64,000 bases of DNA from assembly GCA_945862145.1 (NCBI GenBank), contig CAMAXE010000002.1:72284-136283 (forward strand), given 5' to 3'. Made by a program: the position numbers and the translations under genes. The notes under the pieces were generated by a model, which saw only the letters and a list, made by a program, of their open reading frames with translations, was not told the DNA's origin and made no database searches. This stretch comes from Klebsiella pneumoniae. Its GTDB lineage: Bacteria; Pseudomonadota; Gammaproteobacteria; Pseudomonadales; UBA5518. This document shows positions 48,459 through 57,809 of the stretch, in pieces. The first letter of the stretch is position 1; each line of letters begins with the position of its first letter.

Positions 48459-48744
48459 GCGGAGCGCTCCGCGCGGTTTCAGTTGTGGGAACCATGGGGA
48501 TGGCGTCACGACCGATGCGATGTTCATCGGTGCCGGCGTCATGCGCGCCGTGCTTGCCGCGAGCCTTAGCGTTTTCGGGCGTGTGGCTGCCGCACGTTGG
48601 GCGCGCTGCGGGTATGACGGTGGCGACTCGCGTTGTATCCTTGGCGCCCGCTAAATGCCGTCACGGACTGCACCGCTAAAGCGGTGCCTTACAGGTAGTG
48701 GGCCGCAGGCGGGCGGGTCGTTTTTTCGGGTGTGAGGACATGAG

Positions 48745-49644
48745 ATGAGCAAGAAGATCAAGGCTGCGATCATCGGGCCTGGCAACATCGGCACCGACCT
48801 CCTGATGAAGGCGTTGCGCTCCGAGTGGATCGAGCCGGTATGGATGGTGGGCGTGGAACCGGATTCGCCCGGTTTGAGCCGCGCCCGTGAGATGGGCCTG
48901 AAGACCACCTCCGAGGGGGTTGATGGACTGGTGCCCTCCATGAAAGCCGACGGGGTGCAGATCTGCTTCGATGCCACCTCGGCGTATGTGCATGCCGCCA
49001 ATTCGGCGAAGGTCACAGCCCAGGGCGCGCTGATGATCGATCTCACGCCCGCTGCCATCGGGCCCTTCTGCGTGCCGCCGGTCAATCTGAAGGATCACGT
49101 CGGCAAGCGCGAGATGAACGTCAACATGGTCACCTGCGGCGGGCAGGCCACCATTCCGATGGTCTACGCGGTGAGCCGCGTGCAGAAGGTCGCTTACGGC
49201 GAAATCATCGCTACCGTGTCTTCCAAGTCCGTGGGCCCCGGCACACGCAAGAATATCGATGAATTCACCCGCACTACCGCGGGCGCCGTGGAGCAGGTCG
49301 GTGGCGCTGCCGAGGGTAAGGCGATCATCGTGATAAACCCCGCCGAGCCACCGCTCATCATGCGCAACACCATCCATTGCCTCACGGAGGATGCCCCCGA
49401 CGAGGAGGCGATCACCCGCTCGGTGCACCAGATGGTTGCCGAGGTACAGAAATACGTGCCCGGCTACACGCTGAAAAACGGCCCCGTTTTCGACGGCAAG
49501 CGCGTCACTGTGTGGATGGAGGTGGCCGGACTCGGTGACTTCCTGCCGCGCTATGCCGGCAACCTCGACATCATGACCGCTGCGGCCTTGCGCACGGCCG
49601 AGATGTTTGCCGAGGAAATGGCCGGCGGGCGCTTGGTGCTGTAG
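48745..49644 (+). CDS. Acetaldehyde dehydrogenase (acetylating), MhpF/DmpF/BphJ/TesF type
   Basis: 299 aa. [31 protein letters not shown] (catalytic Cys) and the C-terminal [10 protein letters not shown]. Confidence 0.93.
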   Translation: MSKKIKAAIIGPGNIGTDLLMKALRSEWIEPVWMVGVEPDSPGLSRAREMGLKTTSEGVDGLVPSMKADGVQICFDATSAYVHAANSAKVTAQGALMIDLTPAAIGPFCVPPVNLKDHVGKREMNVNMVTCGGQATIPMVYAVSRVQKVAYGEIIATVSSKSVGPGTRKNIDEFTRTTAGAVEQVGGAAEGKAIIVINPAEPPLIMRNTIHCLTEDAPDEEAITRSVHQMVAEVQKYVPGYTLKNGPVFDGKRVTVWMEVAGLGDFLPRYAGNLDIMTAAALRTAEMFAEEMAGGRLVL

Positions 49645-49724
49645 GAGCAGGGTGCAGCGGCGCCGGTGCCTCGGTGGGCGGCGCCAGGATGTGGTTGTCA
49701 CCGGCGGCTGGTGAGCGCCGGGAC

Positions 49725-49839
49725 GAGCGGAGTGTGCCGCGAGCGGCATTCCGCAGCCGAAACGCCGGGAGCGTTTCGGCGAGGACGCAGGTGATGCACA
49801 GGGACGTGCATCACCGGGAGCGAGCGGCGCACTCCGCTC
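49725..49839. other. 115-nt nested-hairpin element (16-bp closing stem around two perfect 10-bp hairpins) in the ADH-aldolase spacer
   Basis: Outer stem: GAGCGGAGTGTGCCGC (49725-49740) pairs with GCGGCGCACTCCGCTC (49824-49839), 15 Watson-Crick pairs plus 1 G-T. Inner hairpin 1 is GCCGAAACGC-cggga-GCGTTTCGGC (49756-49780). Inner hairpin 2 is GGTGATGCAC-agggac-GTGCATCACC (49790-49815). A small GCGG-catt-CCGC lies at 49743-49754. Confidence 0.8.
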
Positions 49840-49934
49840 GACCCGGCGCGACGCACCATCGGCGCGACGCACGAGTGGCGCGCAGCGATCAATGCAACAG
49901 GATCGAGATCAAACGAGTACGAGGCGAGAAGCAG

Positions 49935-50957
49935 ATGAGCATTGAGGGCAGAAAAGTCATTCTCCACGACATGTGCCTGCGTGACGGCATGCATCCCAAG
50001 CGCCACCAGATCTCGCTAGACGAGATGCGCTCGATAGGGCGTGCGCTGGACGAGGCGGGCGTGCCGCTGATCGAAGTGACCCACGGCGACGGCCTCGGTG
50101 GGCGCTCGATCAACTACGGATTCCCCTGCAACTCCGACGAGGAGTACCTGAAGGCGGTGGTGGGCGTGGTGAAGAACGCCAAGGTCTCCGCGCTGCTGTT
50201 GCCGGGCATCGCCACGGTGGATCACCTGAAAATGGCCCGTGACTGCGGCATCGGCACCATTCGCGTGGCGACCCACTGCACCGAGGCAGACGTCTCCGAG
50301 CAGCACATCGGCATGGGCCGCGAGATGGGTCTCGACACCGTTGGCTTTCTGATGATGGCCCACATGATCTCCGCCGAAGATCTGCTGGCGCAGGCGAAAC
50401 TCATGGAGAGTTTTGGCGCCAACTGCATCTACTGCACGGACTCGGCGGGCTTTATGTTGCCCGCGGATGTTACCGCGCGTATCGCGCTGTTGCGCCGCGA
50501 ACTCAAGCCGGCAACGGAACTCGGTTTCCACGGCCACCACAACATGGCCATGGGCATCGCCAACTCGTTGGCCGCCATCGAGGCGGGCGCAAACCGCATC
50601 GACGGCTCGGTGGCCGGGCTCGGGGCGGGCGCCGGCAACACGCCTCTCGAGGTTTTCGTCGCGGTTCTCAACCGCATGGGTGTTGAGCACGGCGTCGATC
50701 TGTTCAAGATCATGGACGTGGCAGAGGACCTGGTCGTGCCGATGATGGATCAGCCCGTGCGCATCGATCGCGACGCGCTGATCCTCGGTTATGCGGGCGT
50801 GTATTCGAGCTTCCTGCTCTTCGCCCAGCGAGCCGCGAAAAAATACGGTGTGAGCTCGCGCGATATCCTGATCGAGATGGGCCTGCGCAAGACGGTAGGC
50901 GGGCAGGAAGACATGATCGAGGACGTCGCCCTCGACATGGCGCGCGCCAGGGGCTGA
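49935..50957 (+). CDS. 4-hydroxy-2-oxovalerate aldolase, MhpE/DmpG/BphI/TesG type
   Basis: Re-called to the ATG at 49935 ([20 protein letters not shown]). The 87 upstream codons of track ORF 49674 are Arg-rich and cover the hairpin element. Motifs include [10 protein letters not shown], and [18 protein letters not shown] is present. Confidence 0.93.
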   Translation: MSIEGRKVILHDMCLRDGMHPKRHQISLDEMRSIGRALDEAGVPLIEVTHGDGLGGRSINYGFPCNSDEEYLKAVVGVVKNAKVSALLLPGIATVDHLKMARDCGIGTIRVATHCTEADVSEQHIGMGREMGLDTVGFLMMAHMISAEDLLAQAKLMESFGANCIYCTDSAGFMLPADVTARIALLRRELKPATELGFHGHHNMAMGIANSLAAIEAGANRIDGSVAGLGAGAGNTPLEVFVAVLNRMGVEHGVDLFKIMDVAEDLVVPMMDQPVRIDRDALILGYAGVYSSFLLFAQRAAKKYGVSSRDILIEMGLRKTVGGQEDMIEDVALDMARARG

Positions 50958-51029
50958 GCGCGCGGCGCCCGAGGCGCCTGCGTTGCGGCGATCCGTGCAA
51001 TCGCAGACATCCCGACTTCTCCCGGACTT

Positions 51030-52388
51030 TCAGTCTTGCGCGCGCACATGGCTGCGCACCAGCAGCACGCCGCCGACCACCAGCGTCATGGAGGCCGCCA
51101 CGATGCCGAACAGCAGCGAGGCGCCCGCAGCACCCGCACCTACCAGCGCGCCGGCAAAGGAACTTGCCAGTGCGCCGATGCGCCCCACCGCCACCGCGCT
51201 GCCGACGCCGGTTGCGCGCACATCGGTGGGGTATATGTGTCCGGCCAACAGGTAGGCACCGATCTGCATGGAGTTGAGGCACACGCCGGCGGCAGCGCAG
51301 AGCAGCAGGGCGGTGCGGTGATCGGCTAGATTGGCCTGCCCCATGAAAATCGCGACTAACACGCCAGCGCCCGCCACGGCGGCCAGTACGCTGCGCGACC
51401 CGGCAAAGCGGATCAGCCAGGCGGTAGCGAGGCTGCCCACCATGCCGCCCAGGTTGAAGGTCGCGAGCATCCGGTTCGCCGTGGCTGGTGCATGCCCCAG
51501 ATCGGTCAGCAGCGTAGGCAGCCAGTTCATGAAGCAGAACATGCCAAACAAGTTGGCGAGGAAAATAAGCCAGATTCCCAGCGTGTCGCGTCGCAGATCC
51601 GCACCCAGCAGATCGCGGAAGGAGGCCTTGCGCACGGGCGGCTCTGCCAGCCACAGCGCATCGTCGGCGTCGAAGCGCGAGCCCGGCAGCAGGCGGTTCA
51701 GCGCGGCGATGGCTTCGCGCTTGCGGTTGGCGCGCAGCAGGAAGCGGGCGGACTCGGGCAGCCACCGCCACAGCGCGAGGGCAAGAGCGAGTGGCAGCAC
51801 GCCACCGACCATGAAGACGGATTGCCAGCCGTAAGCGGGGATCAGGTGCGCGGCCAGCAGTCCACCGGCGAAGCCGCCCACCGGCACACCCACCAGCGTG
51901 GTCATCGTGAGCATGCCGCGCCAGCGCAGCGGGGCGGTCTCGACCACCAGGGCGGTGGCATTGCTCAGCGCCCCGCCCAGTCCCACGCCCGCCAGCAGCC
52001 GCAGCACCAGCAATTGAGGCACCGAGTGCGCCCAGGCGCATGCGAGCGTGGCCACACCAAAAACGAGCGCACTGCCGATCAGTGCGGGCTTGCGTCCCCA
52101 GACATCACCGCGGGGGCCGAGCAGCAGCCCACCTGCTGCCACACCCACCATGCCGGCGGCGAAGATCGGCGCCAGATCGCCGCGCGTGATGCCCCATTCG
52201 GTGATCAGCGCCGGTGCCGCAAACGCCAGCACCTGCAGGTCGAAGCCGTCCAGCACGATCGCGGCCATCGCCAGCAAGGCAATGGCGATGTGCGTCGGGC
52301 CCAGAGCTGCGGTGTCCAGTGGCGTGCCGACCTCGAAGCGGGGATCGCCGCCGTGCTCATGCGCGCGGCTGCTGGGGGAGGGGTTCAC
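51030..52388 (-). CDS. MFS transporter, aromatic acid:H+ symporter family (MhpT/PcaK-like)
   Basis: 452 aa. LDGFDLQVLAFAAP....WG and GPRGDVWGRKPALIGS (MFS motif A-like), with 12 predicted hydrophobic segments. It is convergent with the aldolase gene. Confidence 0.85.
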   Translation of the reverse strand: MNPSPSSRAHEHGGDPRFEVGTPLDTAALGPTHIAIALLAMAAIVLDGFDLQVLAFAAPALITEWGITRGDLAPIFAAGMVGVAAGGLLLGPRGDVWGRKPALIGSALVFGVATLACAWAHSVPQLLVLRLLAGVGLGGALSNATALVVETAPLRWRGMLTMTTLVGVPVGGFAGGLLAAHLIPAYGWQSVFMVGGVLPLALALALWRWLPESARFLLRANRKREAIAALNRLLPGSRFDADDALWLAEPPVRKASFRDLLGADLRRDTLGIWLIFLANLFGMFCFMNWLPTLLTDLGHAPATANRMLATFNLGGMVGSLATAWLIRFAGSRSVLAAVAGAGVLVAIFMGQANLADHRTALLLCAAAGVCLNSMQIGAYLLAGHIYPTDVRATGVGSAVAVGRIGALASSFAGALVGAGAAGASLLFGIVAASMTLVVGGVLLVRSHVRAQD

Positions 52389-52584
52389 ACGCGGTGCTCT
52401 CTCGCTCGTTCAGGTGGTGGCAGCATCGCATCGCGCACGCGCTATTGGCTAGGGACTCTCGGGAGCCTCTGGGCTCCGTGATGCCTCGGAGGTCACAGCC
52501 TGTGCCTGCGGGCGCGCCGACATCGCCGCTGCCCCGAGGCTCGGGACTACGGCACAATGCGGGCCACGGGAGTCCACACTCGGA

Positions 52585-53718
52585 ATGAGCGTCGTACGCA
52601 TGGCGATAGACAACAGCTTCAGCGAACTGGTGGGCCTCATCTACGAGGGCCCGCTCGAGGCCTCGCCGTGGTCGGGTTTCCTCGCCCGACTGAAGGACGT
52701 CTTAGGCGCGGTGGCCACCACATTGGTGTTGCGTCCCTACGATACGGACCGCGTTGGCCTGATCCTCACGCAGGGTGGCTCCAGCGAGGGCATCGCGCGT
52801 TACCGGGACGGCTTTTTCATGGCCGATCCTTTCGTTGCCTTGCCGCCCGGTGAGGTCGTGGCGCTGCACGAGATCGTACCGCTCGCGGAATTCGAGCAGA
52901 GCGAGCTCTATCGTCTCTGCATGGCCCCGGGCGGGCTGTGGGACAGTCTTGGAGCGGATTTGCGTATCGATGACGCGATGGAAGCGCGGCTGCGGATCGC
53001 GCGCTCGCGCGGTGCCCGGGCATTCGGCAACGCCGAGAAGCGTCTTTGCGCTGCGCTGTTGCCCCACATCGAGCGCGCCGTGCGCATCCACACCCGCCTG
53101 CACCGGGTCGAATCCGAGCGGGCGCTGTATGCGGGCGCCGTGGAGCATCTGGCGGTGGGAGCGGTGATCCTGGACGGCAAAGGTGCCGTCACGGGCGCCA
53201 ACCAGCTTGCCCGGCAGTTGTTCGCGCAGCACGACGGTATCTGGCTCGACGGCGTCTCGCTGCGGGTCCACTCCCCACGCGAGGCCGCTGAACTGCGACG
53301 CCTCACCACCGAGCTTCTCGCCGAGCGGCGCCAGGGTCTGCCGGGCGTGGTGCAGGCGCTGCGGATCACGCGTCCGTCGGGACGCGCGGATCTCGGTTTG
53401 ATCCTGCGGCCGCTGCCCTCGGACCCGGCTGTGGATGCATCGGGACTCCCGGGTCTGGCCGTTTTCATCAGCGACCCCGAGGAGCAGTCCGAGGCACCCG
53501 TGGCAGTGCTCTCCAAGCTCTTCGGTTTCACGCCGACCGAGGCGCAGCTCGCGTTGCGGCTGGCGAACGGAATGAACCTCGACGAGGTCGCAGCTGCGCT
53601 CGGCATGAGTCGCAATACCGCCCGCGCACACCTGCGCTCGGTGTTTACCAAGACGGGCATCAGCCGCCAGAGCGCCTTAGTCAGGCTCATCCTGAAGAGC
53701 GTGGCATCGCTCGCCTGA
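52585..53718 (+). CDS. LuxR-family transcriptional regulator with a long N-terminal sensor region
   Basis: 377 aa. The C-terminal HTH reads FGFTPTEAQLALRLANGMNLDEVAAALGMSRNTARAHLRSVFTKTGISRQSALVRLIL. The N-terminal ~300 aa are not a receiver domain. Confidence 0.8.
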   Translation: MSVVRMAIDNSFSELVGLIYEGPLEASPWSGFLARLKDVLGAVATTLVLRPYDTDRVGLILTQGGSSEGIARYRDGFFMADPFVALPPGEVVALHEIVPLAEFEQSELYRLCMAPGGLWDSLGADLRIDDAMEARLRIARSRGARAFGNAEKRLCAALLPHIERAVRIHTRLHRVESERALYAGAVEHLAVGAVILDGKGAVTGANQLARQLFAQHDGIWLDGVSLRVHSPREAAELRRLTTELLAERRQGLPGVVQALRITRPSGRADLGLILRPLPSDPAVDASGLPGLAVFISDPEEQSEAPVAVLSKLFGFTPTEAQLALRLANGMNLDEVAAALGMSRNTARAHLRSVFTKTGISRQSALVRLILKSVASLA

Positions 53719-53794
53719 GCGCCGGCGTGTAGACTCCGGCTGCCCGTAAACGTCCTGCGGGAAACAACTCAAAACACGCTATGGAGGTTCTCGG

Positions 53795-54550
53795 ATGGGC
53801 AAGCTTGACGGCAAGGTGGCGCTGGTAACCGGGGCCGGGCAGGGCGTGGGGCGCGGTATCGCGCTCGCGCTGGCAGCGGAGGGCGCGAAGATCGCCGTGG
53901 TCGGGCGTACCGAGGGCAAACTGCTCGATGCCTGCGCCGAGATCCGCGCGCGCGGCGGCATTGCCGAAGCCATGCTCTGCGACGTGATGGTGGCCGATGA
54001 CATCGAGCGCTGCATGCAGGCCACGGTGGCGGCCTTCGGCACCGTCGACATCCTCATCAATAACGCGCAGGTCGTGCCGCTCGGGCGGCTGCTCGACATC
54101 ACCGAGCACGCGTACCAGCAGGGCATGGACTCCGGCCCCCTTGCCACGCTGCGCTTCATGCGTGCCTGTCACCCGCACCTGAAGGGTGGCGGCTGCATCG
54201 TCAACATGGGCTCGTCCTCGGCGATCCGCTGGGATCCGATCGGCTACGGCGCCTATGCCGCCGCCAAGGAAGCGATCCGCGCGCTCACCCGTGCGGCGGC
54301 CTGCGAGTGGGGTGTCGATGGCATCCGCGTGAACTGCGTGCTGCCGCTCGCCATGTCGCCGGCCATGGACGGCTGGATTGCCTCCCGCCCTGAGGAGTCC
54401 TCCGAATTCTTCAAGACCATTCCCCTGGGCTACGTGGGCGACTGCGAAAAAGACATCGGCCGCGCGGTGGTGTTCCTCTGCACGGACGATTCGCGCTACC
54501 TGACGGGTCACTCCATGCCGCTCGACGGCGGCCAGGCATTCATGCGCTGA
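53795..54550 (+). CDS. SDR-family oxidoreductase
   Basis: 251 aa. KVALVTGAGQGVGRGIA, ILINNAQ and the YAAAKEAIRALT catalytic YxxxK. Confidence 0.88.
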   Translation: MGKLDGKVALVTGAGQGVGRGIALALAAEGAKIAVVGRTEGKLLDACAEIRARGGIAEAMLCDVMVADDIERCMQATVAAFGTVDILINNAQVVPLGRLLDITEHAYQQGMDSGPLATLRFMRACHPHLKGGGCIVNMGSSSAIRWDPIGYGAYAAAKEAIRALTRAAACEWGVDGIRVNCVLPLAMSPAMDGWIASRPEESSEFFKTIPLGYVGDCEKDIGRAVVFLCTDDSRYLTGHSMPLDGGQAFMR

Positions 54551-54643
54551 GACTTGCCTTGCGGCAGCCCATCGGGGCGGGGACGCAGACACGCGGTGAA
54601 TGCATCCCTGCCCGTTATCTGACACACCGCGGAGTGATCAATC

Positions 54644-55474
54644 GTGGACATCTGGACCGCAGTCCAAGCCCTGGTGCTGGGACTTGTCGAGGGGCTAACC
54701 GAGTTCCTGCCAGTCTCCAGCACCGGACACCAGATCATCGCCGCGGACCTGCTGGGTTTTGCCGGTGCCCGGGCGCAGGCTTTTAACATCATCATCCAGT
54801 TTGGCGCCGTTCTCGCGGTGGTGTGGGAGTACCGTGCGCGGATCGTGGCACTGCTGCTGGGTTTGCCGCGTGAGCCTGCGGCGCAGCGTTTCACAGCCAG
54901 CCTGCTGCTTGCCTTCCTGCCGGCGGCCGTGGCTGGCGTGTTGTTCTCTGATCTGATTCACACTTGGCTCTTCAACCCGCTCACGGTGGCCTCGGCGCTG
55001 GTGGTGGGAGGCTTCGTGATGCTGTGGGCCGAACGGCGTCCGCACGCAGTGACTGCGGAGACCATCGAGAGCCTGCGCTGGACCCATGCGCTTGCCGTGG
55101 GTTGCGCGCAGTGTCTTGCCCTGGTGCCTGGCACCTCCCGGGCCGCCGCCACGATCATCGGCGGGCTGCTCGCAGGGCTCTCCCGGCGTGCGGCCACCGA
55201 GTTCTCGTTCTGGCTCGCGATGCCCACCATGGCAGGCGCCGCGGTGTACTCGGGGTGGAAATACCGCGAGCTCTTCGTGGCGGCGGATCTTCCGGTTTTC
55301 GCGCTGGGTTTCCTCACCGCCTTCGTGGTGGCACGGCTCACGGTGCGTGCGTTGCTCGCCTTCATTGCCGCGCACTCCTACGCGGTGTTCGCGTGGTATC
55401 GCATCGGCTTCGGCGGGTTGATCCTGCTGACCGCGCAGGCAGGCTGGATTGACTGGAGCAGCGCGGTGCCCTGA
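54644..55474 (+). CDS. uppP: Undecaprenyl-diphosphate phosphatase
   Basis: 276 aa. [17 protein letters not shown] and the [10 protein letters not shown] motif, with multiple TM segments. Confidence 0.93.
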   Translation: MDIWTAVQALVLGLVEGLTEFLPVSSTGHQIIAADLLGFAGARAQAFNIIIQFGAVLAVVWEYRARIVALLLGLPREPAAQRFTASLLLAFLPAAVAGVLFSDLIHTWLFNPLTVASALVVGGFVMLWAERRPHAVTAETIESLRWTHALAVGCAQCLALVPGTSRAAATIIGGLLAGLSRRAATEFSFWLAMPTMAGAAVYSGWKYRELFVAADLPVFALGFLTAFVVARLTVRALLAFIAAHSYAVFAWYRIGFGGLILLTAQAGWIDWSSAVP

Positions 55475-55520
55475 ACGGTCCCGCCCGCACCGCGGGTGCT
55501 GCCGGCGATTGGAAAGCGCT

Positions 55521-56643
55521 TCAGACGGCGGCCGCGCGTAGGGCCGTGTCGAGGTCGCTCCAGAGATCTTCCGCGTCTTCGATTCCCACGCTAAGCCGCA
55601 GCAGCGACGGTGGCAGGTGCTCCTGCCCCGGGATAGCCGCACCGCGCTCCATCGTCGATTCCACGGCACCGAGGCTGGTCGCATGCCGTATGAGCCTGGT
55701 GTTGCGGCAGACGCTGTCGGCAACCCCGGCGCCACCGTGCAGGTCGAAGGAAATGATGGTGCCGAAACCCGCGAGCACCCGCCGCGCGACCGCGTGCGTG
55801 GGATGTGAGGCAAGGCCCGGATAACGCACCAGCGCTACCTGCGGGTGTCGTTCGAGCCTCTCCGCGGGCAGCATTGCCGTCTGCTGCGCCCGCTGCAGCC
55901 GCAAGGCCAGCGTGCGCGCCCCGCGCACCGCGAGAAACGACTCCAGCGTGCCGGGTGTCGCGCCAGTCAATTCACGGGACTTCCGCAGGGCCCGCCACAG
56001 CGCCTCGTCGCGCGTCGAGGCCACGCCAGCGAGCAGGTCCGAGTGGCCACCGATGAATTTGGTCGCAGATTGCAGCGACACCGTGGCACCGAAAGCGAGT
56101 GGATGCTGGTTAAGTGGCGTGGCCAGCGTGGCGTCCACGGCCACGATGCACCCGGGTTTGCGAGCCGCCCAGCAAATGGCGTGCAGGTCCGCGACGGTGA
56201 GCAAGGGGTTGGAGGGGGATTCGAGCCAGACCAGATCGGCGCGGGCGCAGGCGCCGATCCAGCCTTGCGTGTCATCCACCCCGATCCGCTCCACGGACCA
56301 GCGTCCTTTTTCCGCACCTGCTGCGGCCAGCTCCGCAACACCCTTGGTAGCAGTCATCGGGCAGCACCACCACGGCGCCGGCCGTGAGCTGGTCGAAGAC
56401 GGCGGCGATCGCTGCCATCCCAGAGGCGAAAGCCACGGACCGGCCGGTTTCCAGCCCGCCTACGATGTCCTCCAGCGCCTCCCAGGTCGGGGTGCCGTCG
56501 TCGCGCGAGTACTCGCGCTCGCCGCCGATGATGAAGTTCGATGCCGGGACCAGCGGCACGTTGAGCGGTGCGCCGGGCGCGGAGGCACGGCCGGCCGAGA
56601 CCAGCCAGGATTCCGCTTTGATGCCGGAAGGATCGGGGGTCAT
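55521..56643 (-). pseudogene. Cys/Met-metabolism PLP enzyme (cystathionine gamma-synthase/lyase family) split by an apparent +1 frameshift
   Basis: The N-terminal part (ORF 56272..56709 from the ATG at 56643: ..PLVPASNFI..GMAAIAAVF..VVVLPDDCYQG) and the C-terminal part (ORF 55521..56357: ..LVWLESPSNPLL..SATKFIGGHSDLL..LSVGIEDAEDL) are in different frames. Homology continuity places the shift near 56340 (GGG T GTT). Confidence 0.65.
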
Positions 56644-56831
56644 GCTCGTGCTCGGGGTGTCATCGGGCCTGATAGGATGCATCCCGGGCCTGGCGCGAAT
56701 CCAGAGCAAAAATTGGATCGGTCCTGCGATCGGTAGCAGGGTTCCCGCGCCGCGAGCCGTCTGCCTGATTGTCAGCGGTGCTTCGGCGCGCTACCTTGCC
56801 GGCCTGCCTGCATGCTGGAGAAGCAAAGCCA

Positions 56832-57752
56832 ATGAACGTGAAGAGCCTGGGTTATCTGCGCATCGAATCCACGGACATCGCGCGCTGGCGCGAGTATGGC
56901 ACCGCCATCCTCGGCCTGATGATCGCGCCGACCATGCCGGAAGACGGCAATCTCTACCTCAAGATGGACGAACGGCCCTTCCGTTTCGCGGTGATTCCCG
57001 GCCAATCCGACCGCCTGATCTGTGCGGGTTGGGAACTGGCTGGCCCGGACGAATTCGACGACGCGCTGGACGAGCTCACAGCTGCTGGCGTGTCCTACGA
57101 GCTGCTCGATATCGCCGAGGCCCGAGCCCGTCGCGTGCGCGCCGTGGCGCGCCTCACGGACCCCGCTGGTGCCACGGTTGAGCTCTATCACGGTGCGGAT
57201 CTCGACTATGCCAAGTTCATCTCGCCCTGCGGCATCGCCGCCTTCGAGACGGGTTTCAACGGCAACATGGGCTTTGGCCATGTCGTGGTGCCGGTGAAGA
57301 ACCTGGAGGACAGCCGTCGTTTCTACCGCGAGGTGCTCGGCTTCGGCGACACCGACTACATGCACTTCCACTTCAACCCGGACCCGGCCGATCCGGGCCA
57401 GGGGCTGTATTTCATGCACGTCGACAACCCGCGGCACCATAGTCTCGCGCTCTACGAGGAGCCCGGCGAGAACCTCACGGGTTGCGTTCATATGATGCTC
57501 GAGGTGAAGAGCACGGACGAGGTGGGTTATTGCCTCGACCGCGTGCAGGCCGCGGGTATCCCGGTGGTCTCGACCATGGGTCGCCACACCAATGACCGCA
57601 TGTTTTCGTTTTATATGCTGACGCCAGCAGGCTTTGCCCTCGAATTCGGCTTCGACGGATTGAAGATGGACTGGAATGGCTACACGCCCACGGTGAGCGC
57701 GCTCCCCAGCATCTGGGGCCACAAGTTCCAGATGGCAGGTGGCGGTCACTGA
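56832..57752 (+). CDS. Type I extradiol ring-cleavage dioxygenase (BphC/TesB/HsaC-like, VOC fold)
   Basis: Re-called to the ATG at 56832 (MNVKSLGYLRIESTDIARWREYG). It is a two-module VOC protein with GFGHVVV (first His ligand), NPRHHSLAL and HMMLEV motifs. Confidence 0.85.
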   Translation: MNVKSLGYLRIESTDIARWREYGTAILGLMIAPTMPEDGNLYLKMDERPFRFAVIPGQSDRLICAGWELAGPDEFDDALDELTAAGVSYELLDIAEARARRVRAVARLTDPAGATVELYHGADLDYAKFISPCGIAAFETGFNGNMGFGHVVVPVKNLEDSRRFYREVLGFGDTDYMHFHFNPDPADPGQGLYFMHVDNPRHHSLALYEEPGENLTGCVHMMLEVKSTDEVGYCLDRVQAAGIPVVSTMGRHTNDRMFSFYMLTPAGFALEFGFDGLKMDWNGYTPTVSALPSIWGHKFQMAGGGH

Positions 57753-57809
57753 TCCGCAGCGGGCTTGTCCCGCGTAATAAGAGAGTTAATTCTTTCCGAG
57801 GACGCCCTG

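Noticed and set aside
49674-49934. 87-codon N-terminal extension of the aldolase ORF given in the ORF track.
   Set aside because: The extension is Arg/His-rich (..[44 protein letters not shown]..) and coincides with the hairpin element. The conserved aldolase N-terminus starts at the ATG at 49935.
56644-56831. Possible SAM-type riboswitch in the 188-nt leader of the trans-sulfuration gene (hairpin GATCCA-N10-TGGAT and others).
   Set aside because: I could not recognise any match to the SAM-I, SAM-II or SAM/SAH core motifs. The region is also the shared divergent promoter for the dioxygenase gene.
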